DNA of 64,000 nt from Gammaproteobacteria bacterium (GTDB lineage: Bacteria; Pseudomonadota; Gammaproteobacteria; Steroidobacterales; Foliamicaceae): the NCBI GenBank assembly GCA_009838035.1, contig VXSK01000030.1, positions 8,683 to 72,682 of the forward strand, written 5' to 3'. Of this stretch, positions 20,329 through 30,499 are shown one piece after another. The translations under genes were made by a program, and so were the position numbers. Within the stretch, counting starts at the first letter, position 1. Every line of letters begins with the position of its first letter. A model generated the notes under the pieces. It did not search any database, was not told the origin of the DNA, and worked only from the letters and a program-made list of their open reading frames with translations.

Positions 20329-23300
20329 ATGGCGACGCGCAAATCATCTTCTTCGGCCCGACCTGCCGTATCCGAAGTTCCCGGAACGGAATATCCCGGA
20401 TCCGGCGAACCGATCGCCGTGGTGGGCATGGCCTGCCGTTTTCCGGGCGCGCTGGATATTGGTTCCTTTTGGCAGCTGCTCAAGGATGGCGGCAACTCCA
20501 TAAGCGAATGGGTCCCTGGTTCGGGGCACGAACGCTTCAGCCAACTCTTTCCCGACGAGGCGGTGCGTAGCGAAGGCTGCCGCTTCGGCGCATTTGTTGA
20601 CGACATCGACCAGTTCGACGACTCGTTCTTCCGCATATCTCCGGTCGAAGCATCCCTGCTGGATCCGCAGCAGCGGATGATGCTGGAGACGAGCTGGCAG
20701 GCGCTCGAGGATGCCGGCATCGACCCCGACCGGCTCAGGGAGAGCCGAACCGGCGTCTATACCGGGATCAGCAACGACGAGTATCGAATGCTGGTCGTGG
20801 ACTCGAGCAAGCCCGCCGAAGCGGCCTCTTGCCTCTACGCCTTGAGCGGAACCAACCTGAACGGCGCCGCCGGCCGTGTTTCCTTCGTGCTGGGACTGAT
20901 GGGTCCGGCGAAGGCGGTTGACGCTGCCTGCGCCTCATCGCTGGTGTCGATACATGATGCGGTGGCCGATCTGCAGCAGGGCAGGGCGGACCTGGCCATT
21001 GCGGGCGGGGTGCAGGCGATCCTGAACGGCCGGATTTACGAATTGCGCGCCGACGCGATGATGCTGTCCCCCGAGGGGCAGTGCAAGACCTTCGATGCTT
21101 CGGCCGACGGCTATGTTCGCGGCGAAGGCTGCGGCGTCGTTATTCTGAAGCGGCTGAGCGAAGCGGAGGCGGACGGCGACCGGATCTGGGGTGTCATCCG
21201 CGGCTCTGCTGTGAACCACGGCGGCGCCAGCGTCGGCCTGACGGTCCCCAACACGCCGGCGCTGGAGAGGGTGATCGAAGAGGCCCTGTCGCAGGCAGGC
21301 GTCCAGGCTCTGGACGTCGATTACCTGGAAGCGCATGGAACCGGGACCACGGTCGGCGACCCGATCGAAATCGACGCCGTGGCTGCCGTCTACGGCCGGT
21401 CGCGCAAGCCCGACAATCCACTGCTGATCGGTTCGGTAAAGACCAACGTGGGCCACCTGGAGTCGGCGGCGGGGGTGGCGGGGCTGATCAAGGCCGTGCT
21501 GGTCGTGAATCAGGGCGTGATCCCGAAACACCTGCATTTGCGGGACCCCAATCCACGCGTTGACTGGGAAAGCCTGCCGCTGAAGATCACGACGGAAATG
21601 CAGGACTGGCCGGGCAATGGAAGCCGGCCGCGCCTGGCGGGCGTGAACTCCTTCGGGATTTCCGGCACCAATGCTCATCTTGTGGTGGAAGAACACCGGA
21701 GCCCGAACGGAAAGGGCACAGGAGGTCGCGACGGCCTCGCCCCCGGATTGACACGCGACATTGCCGATGTAGCCGGCCCCGCAAACGCGGTTGCCGTTTC
21801 GATGCCCGCAGGCGTTTCGAACCTGGCGGTCCCGGAAGAGCGGCCCACTTCGCGCCGCTCGCGGCTTCTGCCGCTCTCGGCCAAGTCTTCCGCCGCGCTT
21901 GGAGAACTCGCGGCGCGCTACCTGGATTGGATTGCGGAAAGGGAAAACGAGTTTTCTCCCGTCAATGCGGCCCCGGATCCGTTGCTTTCGGACATGGCCT
22001 GGACCGCGAGCGTGGGACGAAGCCACTTCGATGTTCGCGAAGGCGTCGTTTTTAAGGGCGCGGAATCCCTGCGGTCGCGACTGGAAGAGGTGGCCCAGGC
22101 TGATGAGAGACCGGCTGCGCGCGAATCGGCCGCGGTTGCCTTCGCCTACACGGGCCAGGGGAGCCAGTGGACCGGGATGGGGCTTGCGCTCTACGAGAGC
22201 GAGCCGGTTGCGAGGGCGGTATTCGACCGTTGCGAGGCGGTATTCGTCGAGGAGCGGGGCGCTTCCCTTCTGGATCTGATGTTCGGCCGCGATGGCGCGC
22301 AGGGGGACCTTGCCGACACGGCATGGGAGCAGCCGGCGCTCTATGCGCTGGAGTGCGCGCTTACGGCTCTCTGGGCAAGTATCGGTGTTCGGCCGGCCGT
22401 TGTGCTGGGTCACAGCGTCGGCGAACTGGCGGCCGCGCAGGCGGCGGGCGTGTTCAGCCTGGAGGATGGCATGCGCCTTGCCGAAGCGCGGGGCTCGCTG
22501 CTGTCGGCGACCGAACCGGGCGCCATGGCGGCGGTCTTTGCTCCGGCCGAAACGGTTGCCGCCGAGGTGGAATCCGCCAATGCCGCTTCCGGGGGCGTCG
22601 GCGTGAACATTTCCGCCTACAACGGCACGCACCAGGTGGTCAGCGGCGCGATAGCGGAAATCGAAGAGATATCCGGGCGTCTGGAGTCCCAGGGCGTGCG
22701 CGTGCGGCGCCTGAATACCTCCAGGGCCTTTCACAGCGCCCTGATGGAGTCGGCGCTGGATGACCTGGAAGCGGTGCTGGACCGCCTGTCGGTCGAGGAG
22801 CCTGTCGTGAATTTCGTCAGTAACCTGACCGGCCGCGCGCTCGGGGTGGACGAGCGGCTGGACGGCGCCTACTGGAGGCGGCACGCTCGCGAAGCCGTAG
22901 CGTTCGTGGATGGCGTTGACACGCTGGACGGCCTGGGAGTGGACCTGGTCATCGAGATCGGGCCGCGGTCGGTTCTGTCGTCAATGACCTTGTCGGCATG
23001 GCCGGAGTCGTCCAAGTCGCCCGTGCCGGCTGTCTTGGCAAGCCTGCGGCCGCCCGCGGACGGAGCATCACGAACGTCCGACGGCGGGGAATTCACGGAA
23101 GCGGCCGCAGCCGCCTATCAGGCTGGACTGCCGATTCAGTTTTCCGGACTGTTCGCGGGCGAGAACCGGCGCAGGATTTCCCTGCCGGGTTATCCGTTTC
23201 AACGACGCCGTCACTGGCTGGAGGCTCCGGCGAGACGACGAGGGAGCGCAGGCCATCCACTGCTCGGCGTGCGCCGCGAATCGGCGGGCGGCGAAATAAC

Positions 23301-26300
23301 ATTCGAAACCGAACTGTTCCCCTCCGACCCACCCTGGATGAGCGACCATCGGGTGTTCGGCCGCGTTGTGGCGCCGGGCGCGGTATATGGAGCGATGGTG
23401 GCATCGGCAGCGCTTGCGGAGGGCAGCCGGTCGGTGATCGTTGAAGACATGCAACTGCACAATGCGCTCGTGTTCGAGGAGGAGAACGAGGAAGACCCGA
23501 CCGCAGCCGCGAGGACAGTGCAGCTGGCGATCGATGAATCCGGGTCGGCGGCGTCCCGGGCCGTTCGAATCTTCAGCAAAGGCAACGAAGGTGTCTGGAG
23601 CCAGCATATCGAGGGCCGGCTGGCGTCAGCCTCGTCGGCGCCCGGCGAAGGCGAGTCGATCGATCTCGAACAACTCAGGGCCGATCTGAAGGCGGCGGAC
23701 GTTGACGCGTACTACCGGCACAGGGCAAGCACCGGCGTCAATCTCGGACCGTTCTTCCGCACGCTGAAGCAGGTCTGGTCCGGCCCCGGCGAGGCTCTGG
23801 GCGAGGTGTCGCTGCCGGAGGCTTTCGAACGGCACGGCTTGGACGTTCACCCTCTGGTGCTGGACGGTTGCTTCCAGGTGTTCGGCACCGCCCGAAAGTT
23901 CGCGGAGTCCGAGGGCGCCTCCGCCTATCTTCCCTTCGGTTGGGAGCAACTGTGGCTGGCGGGGCGGTTGCCGGACCGCGTGTACTGCCACGTGCGCCTG
24001 AGCGAGGCGTCGCGCGACGCGGATGCGGACCCCGACGCAATGCCGGAGACCCTGAACGGCGAACTTCGAATCTACGACCCGGACGGGTCTCTGCTGGGGC
24101 GACTTAGCGGTTACTCGATCAAGCGGGCGACGCGCGCGGCCCTGCTTTCGGCCATCGAAGGCGTAAACGATCTCCTGTACGAGGTGGAGTGGCGCGAGCA
24201 GCCGCTTCCCCCCGGGATCCTTTCCGCCGATTTCTTTCCCCGGCCCGCGGCTGTCGCAGCCGGCACGCAATTGTTCGCCGATTACCTGCGGGAGGCGGGA
24301 GTCGATCCCGAGGGCCGGAACGATCTGCTTGAGGACCTCGAACAATGGTCGCGTTCGCGCGCGCTTGCCACGCTCGAGGAATTGGGATGGCAGAGGAAGA
24401 CGGGCGACGTCGTCGACTCCGATCAATTGCGGCAGGAAATGGATGTCTTGCCCGAGCACTCGCGCCTGTTCCGCCGCATGTTCGAAATGCTCGCCAGGTC
24501 CGGGGTACTGGAAGAGACCGATGCGGGTTTCCGCGTGCTCCTGGGACCCGAAGATCCCCTGCCCGCCGAGATGCCCAGGGATCTGGATGAATGGGTCGAG
24601 CGGATGAGGGGAACCTATGCCCACGGTCTCACCGAAGTTGGCCTGTTCGAGCGGTCGGGCAAGGCCCTTGGTGACGTGCTTCGCGGCAAGGAGGATGCGC
24701 TTACCCTGCTGTTCAGCAGCGGCGAGCCGACGGCGGCCGACCTGTACCTGAAGGCGCCGGTGGCGCGCGCTGCAAACAGCCTGCTGGGCGAGGCGGTGCG
24801 TGCCCTGGTGGCCGCACTGCCCGGCGATCGGCGCCTGCGGGTGATCGAAGTCGGGGCGGGCACCGGCTCCGCCACCGCTTCGGTGTTGCCGGAGCTTCCC
24901 GAGGGCCGTTTCGATTACGTCTATACCGACATTTCCGCGGGATTCTTTGCCGAAGCGGAAGCGAGGTTCGGCGACGCCGGCGGTTGTATCCGGTATGCGC
25001 CGCTGGACATCGAGAAGGACCCGGTCGCGCAAGGTTACGACCCTCACGGTTACGACCTGATTATTGCCTCGAATGTTCTGCATGCAACGAGATATCTGGA
25101 AGATACACTGACACATTGCCGGGAACTTCTCGCTCCATCGGGGCAGTTGGTCGCGCTGGAGAACCTCACCGGGCTGGGCTGGATGGACCTGACCTTCGGG
25201 CAGCTGGACGGCTGGTGGCGGTTCGCCGACGATTACCGTCCCCACCACGCATTGGCCACTCCGGAGATCTGGAGGCAGGCGCTGGGCGATGCCGGTTTCG
25301 AGGCAGTGGAAGTGCTGGGCGTCAACGAGAACGACCCGAACCGGACCCTGGACAAGGGCGTCATCGTGGCCCAGGGACCCGCGAAGGTGAGCGAACCTCG
25401 GGGCGTTTGGGTGCTGGCCGCGGACGCAGGGGGAGTCGGGGCGGAACTGGCGAGCGACCTGGCCGCGCGCAATCAAACGGTGATGCTGGCCGGCGCGGAT
25501 GCGCCGGCGAACGGGATTCAACCGGGGAACGGACCGGGTGTGTTCGAGACTGCCGTGGAACCGGACGACCGGGATTCCTGGCGCTCGCTGATCGAGAATC
25601 TTCCCGGCGATGTGCCGCTCGGTGGAATCGTGCATCTCGCCGCACTCGACGGCAATGGTGAGCGGGCCCAGACCGAAGCCATGGCGGATGACGTGCGACG
25701 GGCGGGCGCAAGTGCGCTGGCGCTGGTCCAGGGCCTGATCGATTCGGACACGATGCCGGACAGGGGCCTGTGGTTCGTGACCCGCGGCGCGCAGGTCCTG
25801 GAGCGCGAGCGGGGCGGGGAACCCGCGGGCTCTGTACTCTGGGGTTTCGGCAAGGGCGTCGCTCGCGAAGCGCCGCACCTCAAGCCCAGGATGCTCGACC
25901 TCGATCCGGCCCCGGGCGCCGCGTCCGATCTCGTCAATGAACTCATGTATCCGGACCCGGAGGATCACATTGCGCATCGTCGCGGCCGCCGGCTTACGGC
26001 CCGTCTGGTTCGGGAGGGCGCCGGCGCAGAGCGGCTGGAACTGCCCGAGGAGCCGGACTGGGTGCTGGCGCCCGACCCGGACGGCGTTTTCGACAAACCC
26101 TTTGTTCAGACCTTGCCGGAGCGGCCCCTGGAGCCGGACGAGGTCCGGGTGCAGGTAGAGGCCGCCGGGCTCAACTTCTGGGACGTATTCCGGTCGCTCG
26201 GATTCATCGAGGAGGGCATGCTCGGCCGCGAAATGTGCGGTTACGTGCTGGACGTCGGCTCCGACGTGGCCCGCGTGAAGGCCGGCGACCATGTGGTTGG

Positions 26301-29300
26301 AATGGGCTTCGGCGCGTTCGGTGGGGAAATGATCACGCACGGGGAACTCGTCGCTCCTGCGCCGGACGGATTTACGGTGAGCGAACTTGCCACGATCCCC
26401 AGCGCCTACGTTTCGGCTGCGCTGTCCTTCGAGTTCACGGGACTGGAGGCTGGCGAACGGGTCCTGATTCACGCGGGCGCGGGCGGCGTGGGCCTGGCGG
26501 CCATCCAGTGGGTGCAGGCCGCAGGAGCAGAAGTGTTTGCCACCGCCAGTGCGCCCAAGCGGGACTATCTCCGGTCGCTGGGCGTGGAGCACGTCTTTGA
26601 CAGCCGCACGACGGCGTTCGGCGAAGAAATTCTCAAGGCCACCGGCGGCGAGGGCGTCGATGTGGTGCTGAACAGCCTGACGAGCGAAGGCTACATCGAT
26701 GCCAGTCTGGCGTGCCTCAAGCAGGGCGGCCGTTTCGTCGAGATGGCCCGGCGCGACATCCTGAGCGAGGAGGAGATGGCGGCCGTGCGGCCCGACGTGC
26801 CCTACCACATCCTTGAGCTGGACGTATTGAAGAAGACTGAGCCCGCCAGGGTGGGCAAGGTCCTGCGGGGCGTGATGGCGCGCGTTGCGGCGGGCGAGCT
26901 CAAGCCGATCATTCACAGCCGCTGGCCGCTGGCCGAAGCGGGCGCCGCGCTGAGCTTCATGCGCTCGGCCCGGCACCTCGGAAAGATCGTGGCGACAAAC
27001 CCGCCGGTCAAGGACGGCCGCTTGCGGCCGGATCGTACCTACCTGGTGACGGGCGGACTGGGAGGAATCGGTTGCGCGGTGGCGGACTGGCTCGCCGAAA
27101 GGGGCGCGGGGACGATCGTGCTGAACGGACGGCGCGCGCCCGACGAAGCCGCCGAGAAGACCATCGGCGCGCTCAGGGACCGCGGCGTGCGGGTGGAAGT
27201 GGAATTGGCGGATGTTACCGATACGGCGGCGATCGATCGGATGCTGGCCCGCATGGATGACGAACTGGCGCCCCTTGCGGGCGTGATCCACAGCGTGGGC
27301 GTGCTGTCGGACGGCGCGCTCACCAACCAGAGCTGGGAGCGCTTCGAGCAGGTGCTTTGGCCAAAGGTGCTGGGCGCCTGGCATTTGCATCGAGCGACGG
27401 TGGACCGCGATCTGGACATGTTCGTATTGTTCTCGAGCCGCGTGGGCGTGATGGGCAATCCCGGCCAGGCCAACCACGCCGCCGCCAATGCCTTCCTGGA
27501 TCAGCTTGCGGGCCATCGCCGGGCGCTGGGTCTCGCAGGCCAGGCCATCGCCTGGGGCGCCTGGTCGGAGATCGGCGAGGCGGCGGAGCAGCGCGAGCGC
27601 ATAGACAGCCAGCGCTCGGCGCTGGGCGGGCGCTGGTTCACTCCGCAACAGGGCATCAGGGCATTCGATCGTCTGGTGCGCCAGGACGCCACCCATTCCG
27701 TGGTGATGTCCATGGACTGGTCGGTCTTCGCGGAGGCCGTTGAAGAACCGCCGATCCTGGTGGAGGATCTGTTGTCCGCCGCTACCGAGGCGAAGGACGA
27801 TCCCGCGGCAGGGCTGGGCGATCTGCTGTCCATGCTGAGGAGCTCACCCGCTGCGGCTCATGAAGACCTGCTGGCTTCTTTTCTGCAAAACGAAGTGCAG
27901 GCAGTACTGAGACTGCCGTCGGCGCCAGCGCCCACGGTCGGGTTCTTCGATCTCGGGATGGACTCGCTGATGGCGGTGGAACTCCGCAACCGGGTGAACC
28001 GGGCGTTCGCCGGGGAGTACGTGGCGTCCAACACCGCGGTTTTCGACTATCCGGACATCACCCAATTTGCGGCTCATGTAGCCGAACAGCTCGGCGACCT
28101 GGGGACCGCACCCGCGCCCGCTCCGGCGGCTGCCTCGGCACCCGCTCCCGCACCCGCGCCTCAAGCCGAGCCGCAGCCGGAACCTCGCCGGCGAGCGGAG
28201 CCGGATCCGCAACCCGCAGCCACGGCGCCGCGCGAAGAAGAAGGCATTGCCATTGTGGGCATGGCCTGCCGTTTTCCGGGGGCGCCGGACCTTGCGGCAT
28301 TCTGGCGCCAGCTCGAAGGCGGCGGCACCGGAATTACCGACGGCCGAGCGGGTTCAGGTCCCTGGTCCGATAGCGCGCGAGATTTGCCGCGCGAGTTCGC
28401 TGCCTACCGCAAGGGCGGGTTCGTGGACGAGATCGACAAGTTCGACGCGAGGTTCTTCCGGATTGCGCCGATCGAGGCGCGCATGCTGGACCCGCGCCAG
28501 CGAATGCTGCTGGAGACGAGTTGGCAGGCCCTGGAAGATGCCGGAATGGACTCGGACCGCTTGCGGGGAAGCCGCACCGGGATCTACGTCGGACTGGCTT
28601 CGAGCGAGTACCGGGATCTGATGAAGTCCGGCGAAAGAGGCGTGAGCTACCTGGGCACCGCCACCAGCATGACGGTGGGCCGGGTTGCCTATCATCTGGG
28701 TCTGGAAGGCCCGGCGGTTCCGGTGGAACTGAACTGCGCGTCGTCGCTGATTGCCGCGCACCAGGCGGTTATGGCCCTGCGCTATGGCGAAGTGGACCAG
28801 GCCCTCGTGGGTGGCGTGAACACGCTGCTTTCGCCCGCCGTGACCCGGGAGATGGCGGAGCTGGGCATGTTGTCGCGCCACGGTCAATGCAAGGCCTTCG
28901 ATGCTTCCGCGGACGGTTTTGTAAGAAGCGAAGGCTGCGGCATGCTGGTTCTGAAACGGCTCGATGAAGCCGAGGCCGACGGCGACCGCATCTGGGGCGT
29001 GATCCGCGGCTCGGCGGTCAACCAAAACGGGGCCAGCGCAGGTCCCACAACGCCCAATGGCCAGGCCCAGCAACGGGTCATCGAGACGGCGCTTTCCAGG
29101 GCGAACATGGCGCCGTCGGCGGTGGACTACCTGGAGGCGCATGGAGCCGGCTCGGCCCTGGGAGACCCGATCGAAGTGCAGGCCGCGGCGGCGGTCTATG
29201 GAAGGGGACGCGAGTCCGACAGGCCGCTGCTGATCGGCTCGGTGAAAGCGAACATCGGCCATCTCGAAGCGGCTGCCGGCGTGGCCGGCCTGATCAAGGC

Positions 29301-30099
29301 CGTGCTGGCGATGCAGCGCGGGATGATTCCCCGCCAGTTGCACTTCAACACCCCGAATCCGAACCTCGAATGGGACGAGCTTCCGGTACGTGTCGTTTCA
29401 GGCGCGACGCCCTGGCCCGGCCATTCCGAACGGCCGCCCAGGTCGGGCGTGAGCGCATTCGGTATATCGGGAACGAACGCACATGTCGTGCTGGAGGGGC
29501 ACGCCGCCAACGGGACGGGTCCCGGCGGCGCGATCGATCCCGCGGGCGCCCCGATACGCGTGTCCGTTTCCGAGTCGGAGCGTTCGGGGGACCTCGAGCA
29601 GTCGCGCGGCGAAGGTCCCGACGACCGGATCGCCAGGATGCTTCCGCTTTCGGGCAAGTCGGAGGACGCCCTTCGGCAGTTGTCGGAGCGGTATCTCGAA
29701 TGGCTCGACCGGCGTTCGCAAGAGATCTCTTCCGACGTGGACATGGATGCCCTTCTGGCCGACATGGCATGGACGGCGGCCGTGGGACGGACTCATTTCG
29801 ATTGCCGGGCCGGCCTGGTATTCGAGGATGCCGAATCGTTGCGGCAGGAACTCAAGTCGCTCGCAAACGGCGGCGACCGGGGAGGACAACAAGCCGTTGG
29901 GGCGTCGCCGGCAACCGGAGTCGAGGCGGAAAACGCTCCCGACTCCGGGAATGGCCGCTCGATTGTCGAGACGGCTGCGAAGGCGTACGAGGACGGGCTG
30001 GCCGTTTCCTTCGAGAGCCTCTTTGCCGGAGAAGAGCGCCGCCGCATTTCGCTGCCGGGTTATCCTTTCCAGCGCCGAAGCTACTGGATCAATTCCTAG
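20329..30099 (+). CDS. type I polyketide synthase, KS-AT-DH-cMT-psiKR-ER-KR-ACP-KS-(AT-less linker)
   Basis: 3256 aa. Approximate domain coordinates read from motifs:
- KS1 20413-21693: Cys codon 20929 in DAACASSL; HGTGT; GHLESAAG.
- AT 22138-22990: GHSVG with Ser codon 22414; RAFHS at 22723.
- DH 23254-24140: HPLLG, HRVFGRVVAPG, LDGCFQ.
- C-methyltransferase about 24640-25375: VIEVGAGTGS.
- psiKR about 25390-26000.
- ER about 26100-27000: LIHAGAGGVGLAAIQ.
- KR about 27036-27620: YLVTGGLGGIGCAV.
- ACP 27880-28095: LGMDSLMAVEL, Ser codon 27964.
- Ala/Pro linker 28096-28236.
- KS2 28245-29500: Cys codon 28735; HGAGS; GHLEAAAG.
- KS-AT linker remnant with post-AT motif YPFQRRSYW, 29620-30096. 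Confidence 0.97.
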   Translation: MATRKSSSSARPAVSEVPGTEYPGSGEPIAVVGMACRFPGALDIGSFWQLLKDGGNSISEWVPGSGHERFSQLFPDEAVRSEGCRFGAFVDDIDQFDDSFFRISPVEASLLDPQQRMMLETSWQALEDAGIDPDRLRESRTGVYTGISNDEYRMLVVDSSKPAEAASCLYALSGTNLNGAAGRVSFVLGLMGPAKAVDAACASSLVSIHDAVADLQQGRADLAIAGGVQAILNGRIYELRADAMMLSPEGQCKTFDASADGYVRGEGCGVVILKRLSEAEADGDRIWGVIRGSAVNHGGASVGLTVPNTPALERVIEEALSQAGVQALDVDYLEAHGTGTTVGDPIEIDAVAAVYGRSRKPDNPLLIGSVKTNVGHLESAAGVAGLIKAVLVVNQGVIPKHLHLRDPNPRVDWESLPLKITTEMQDWPGNGSRPRLAGVNSFGISGTNAHLVVEEHRSPNGKGTGGRDGLAPGLTRDIADVAGPANAVAVSMPAGVSNLAVPEERPTSRRSRLLPLSAKSSAALGELAARYLDWIAERENEFSPVNAAPDPLLSDMAWTASVGRSHFDVREGVVFKGAESLRSRLEEVAQADERPAARESAAVAFAYTGQGSQWTGMGLALYESEPVARAVFDRCEAVFVEERGASLLDLMFGRDGAQGDLADTAWEQPALYALECALTALWASIGVRPAVVLGHSVGELAAAQAAGVFSLEDGMRLAEARGSLLSATEPGAMAAVFAPAETVAAEVESANAASGGVGVNISAYNGTHQVVSGAIAEIEEISGRLESQGVRVRRLNTSRAFHSALMESALDDLEAVLDRLSVEEPVVNFVSNLTGRALGVDERLDGAYWRRHAREAVAFVDGVDTLDGLGVDLVIEIGPRSVLSSMTLSAWPESSKSPVPAVLASLRPPADGASRTSDGGEFTEAAAAAYQAGLPIQFSGLFAGENRRRISLPGYPFQRRRHWLEAPARRRGSAGHPLLGVRRESAGGEITFETELFPSDPPWMSDHRVFGRVVAPGAVYGAMVASAALAEGSRSVIVEDMQLHNALVFEEENEEDPTAAARTVQLAIDESGSAASRAVRIFSKGNEGVWSQHIEGRLASASSAPGEGESIDLEQLRADLKAADVDAYYRHRASTGVNLGPFFRTLKQVWSGPGEALGEVSLPEAFERHGLDVHPLVLDGCFQVFGTARKFAESEGASAYLPFGWEQLWLAGRLPDRVYCHVRLSEASRDADADPDAMPETLNGELRIYDPDGSLLGRLSGYSIKRATRAALLSAIEGVNDLLYEVEWREQPLPPGILSADFFPRPAAVAAGTQLFADYLREAGVDPEGRNDLLEDLEQWSRSRALATLEELGWQRKTGDVVDSDQLRQEMDVLPEHSRLFRRMFEMLARSGVLEETDAGFRVLLGPEDPLPAEMPRDLDEWVERMRGTYAHGLTEVGLFERSGKALGDVLRGKEDALTLLFSSGEPTAADLYLKAPVARAANSLLGEAVRALVAALPGDRRLRVIEVGAGTGSATASVLPELPEGRFDYVYTDISAGFFAEAEARFGDAGGCIRYAPLDIEKDPVAQGYDPHGYDLIIASNVLHATRYLEDTLTHCRELLAPSGQLVALENLTGLGWMDLTFGQLDGWWRFADDYRPHHALATPEIWRQALGDAGFEAVEVLGVNENDPNRTLDKGVIVAQGPAKVSEPRGVWVLAADAGGVGAELASDLAARNQTVMLAGADAPANGIQPGNGPGVFETAVEPDDRDSWRSLIENLPGDVPLGGIVHLAALDGNGERAQTEAMADDVRRAGASALALVQGLIDSDTMPDRGLWFVTRGAQVLERERGGEPAGSVLWGFGKGVAREAPHLKPRMLDLDPAPGAASDLVNELMYPDPEDHIAHRRGRRLTARLVREGAGAERLELPEEPDWVLAPDPDGVFDKPFVQTLPERPLEPDEVRVQVEAAGLNFWDVFRSLGFIEEGMLGREMCGYVLDVGSDVARVKAGDHVVGMGFGAFGGEMITHGELVAPAPDGFTVSELATIPSAYVSAALSFEFTGLEAGERVLIHAGAGGVGLAAIQWVQAAGAEVFATASAPKRDYLRSLGVEHVFDSRTTAFGEEILKATGGEGVDVVLNSLTSEGYIDASLACLKQGGRFVEMARRDILSEEEMAAVRPDVPYHILELDVLKKTEPARVGKVLRGVMARVAAGELKPIIHSRWPLAEAGAALSFMRSARHLGKIVATNPPVKDGRLRPDRTYLVTGGLGGIGCAVADWLAERGAGTIVLNGRRAPDEAAEKTIGALRDRGVRVEVELADVTDTAAIDRMLARMDDELAPLAGVIHSVGVLSDGALTNQSWERFEQVLWPKVLGAWHLHRATVDRDLDMFVLFSSRVGVMGNPGQANHAAANAFLDQLAGHRRALGLAGQAIAWGAWSEIGEAAEQRERIDSQRSALGGRWFTPQQGIRAFDRLVRQDATHSVVMSMDWSVFAEAVEEPPILVEDLLSAATEAKDDPAAGLGDLLSMLRSSPAAAHEDLLASFLQNEVQAVLRLPSAPAPTVGFFDLGMDSLMAVELRNRVNRAFAGEYVASNTAVFDYPDITQFAAHVAEQLGDLGTAPAPAPAAASAPAPAPAPQAEPQPEPRRRAEPDPQPAATAPREEEGIAIVGMACRFPGAPDLAAFWRQLEGGGTGITDGRAGSGPWSDSARDLPREFAAYRKGGFVDEIDKFDARFFRIAPIEARMLDPRQRMLLETSWQALEDAGMDSDRLRGSRTGIYVGLASSEYRDLMKSGERGVSYLGTATSMTVGRVAYHLGLEGPAVPVELNCASSLIAAHQAVMALRYGEVDQALVGGVNTLLSPAVTREMAELGMLSRHGQCKAFDASADGFVRSEGCGMLVLKRLDEAEADGDRIWGVIRGSAVNQNGASAGPTTPNGQAQQRVIETALSRANMAPSAVDYLEAHGAGSALGDPIEVQAAAAVYGRGRESDRPLLIGSVKANIGHLEAAAGVAGLIKAVLAMQRGMIPRQLHFNTPNPNLEWDELPVRVVSGATPWPGHSERPPRSGVSAFGISGTNAHVVLEGHAANGTGPGGAIDPAGAPIRVSVSESERSGDLEQSRGEGPDDRIARMLPLSGKSEDALRQLSERYLEWLDRRSQEISSDVDMDALLADMAWTAAVGRTHFDCRAGLVFEDAESLRQELKSLANGGDRGGQQAVGASPATGVEAENAPDSGNGRSIVETAAKAYEDGLAVSFESLFAGEERRRISLPGYPFQRRSYWINS

Positions 30100-30176
30100 T
30101 ACCGCGCGGGTTGTGAGAATTCGAGTATGATTGCGCCCGCATCCGAAACAACTTTTGATTAGGGGGACCTATCACC

Positions 30177-30422
30177 ATGGCTTCAACTGCGGAAAGAATC
30201 AAGGCGCTGGTAGACGACAACATCGAGGTGGACGGCCAGGCGCTGGATATTCCGGACGACATGAACTTCAGCCTCGCGGCTGCCGGCGTTTCGTCCATGG
30301 ACCTGGTTGCTCTGGGCAAGCTGATTGCCAGCGAGTTCGGCATCACCTTTACGCTGGACGATTGCGCCGCACTCGACAACCTCACCAAGGTTGTTGCATT
30401 CGTAGACAGCAAGGCTGCGTAG
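30177..30422 (+). CDS. stand-alone acyl carrier protein
   Basis: 81 aa, acidic, four-helix ACP pattern with a phosphopantetheine Ser candidate in AAGVSSMDLVALGKLI. RBS AGGGGGA is 10 nt upstream. Confidence 0.85.
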   Translation: MASTAERIKALVDDNIEVDGQALDIPDDMNFSLAAAGVSSMDLVALGKLIASEFGITFTLDDCAALDNLTKVVAFVDSKAA

Positions 30423-30499
30423 CTGCCTGGAGAAAGACCGGCAGGACCAGACGTATTTCTTCCGTTCTGCCGGCAATTTAGCGCGGAGCCGGCGCGGCC

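Noticed and set aside
23626-27696. 1356-aa ORF antisense to the PKS gene
   Set aside because: It lies entirely inside the PKS, opposite a frame with unambiguous DH/MT/ER/KR motifs. The translation is Arg/Ala/Gly/Pro-rich with no recognisable motifs, a typical high-GC antisense artefact.
28096-28236. Ala/Pro-rich repetitive segment (APAPAPAAASAPAPAPAPQAEPQPEP) as a possible repeat element or frameshift hot spot
   Set aside because: It is in frame and positioned between ACP and KS2, where flexible AP-rich inter-module linkers are normal in PKSs.
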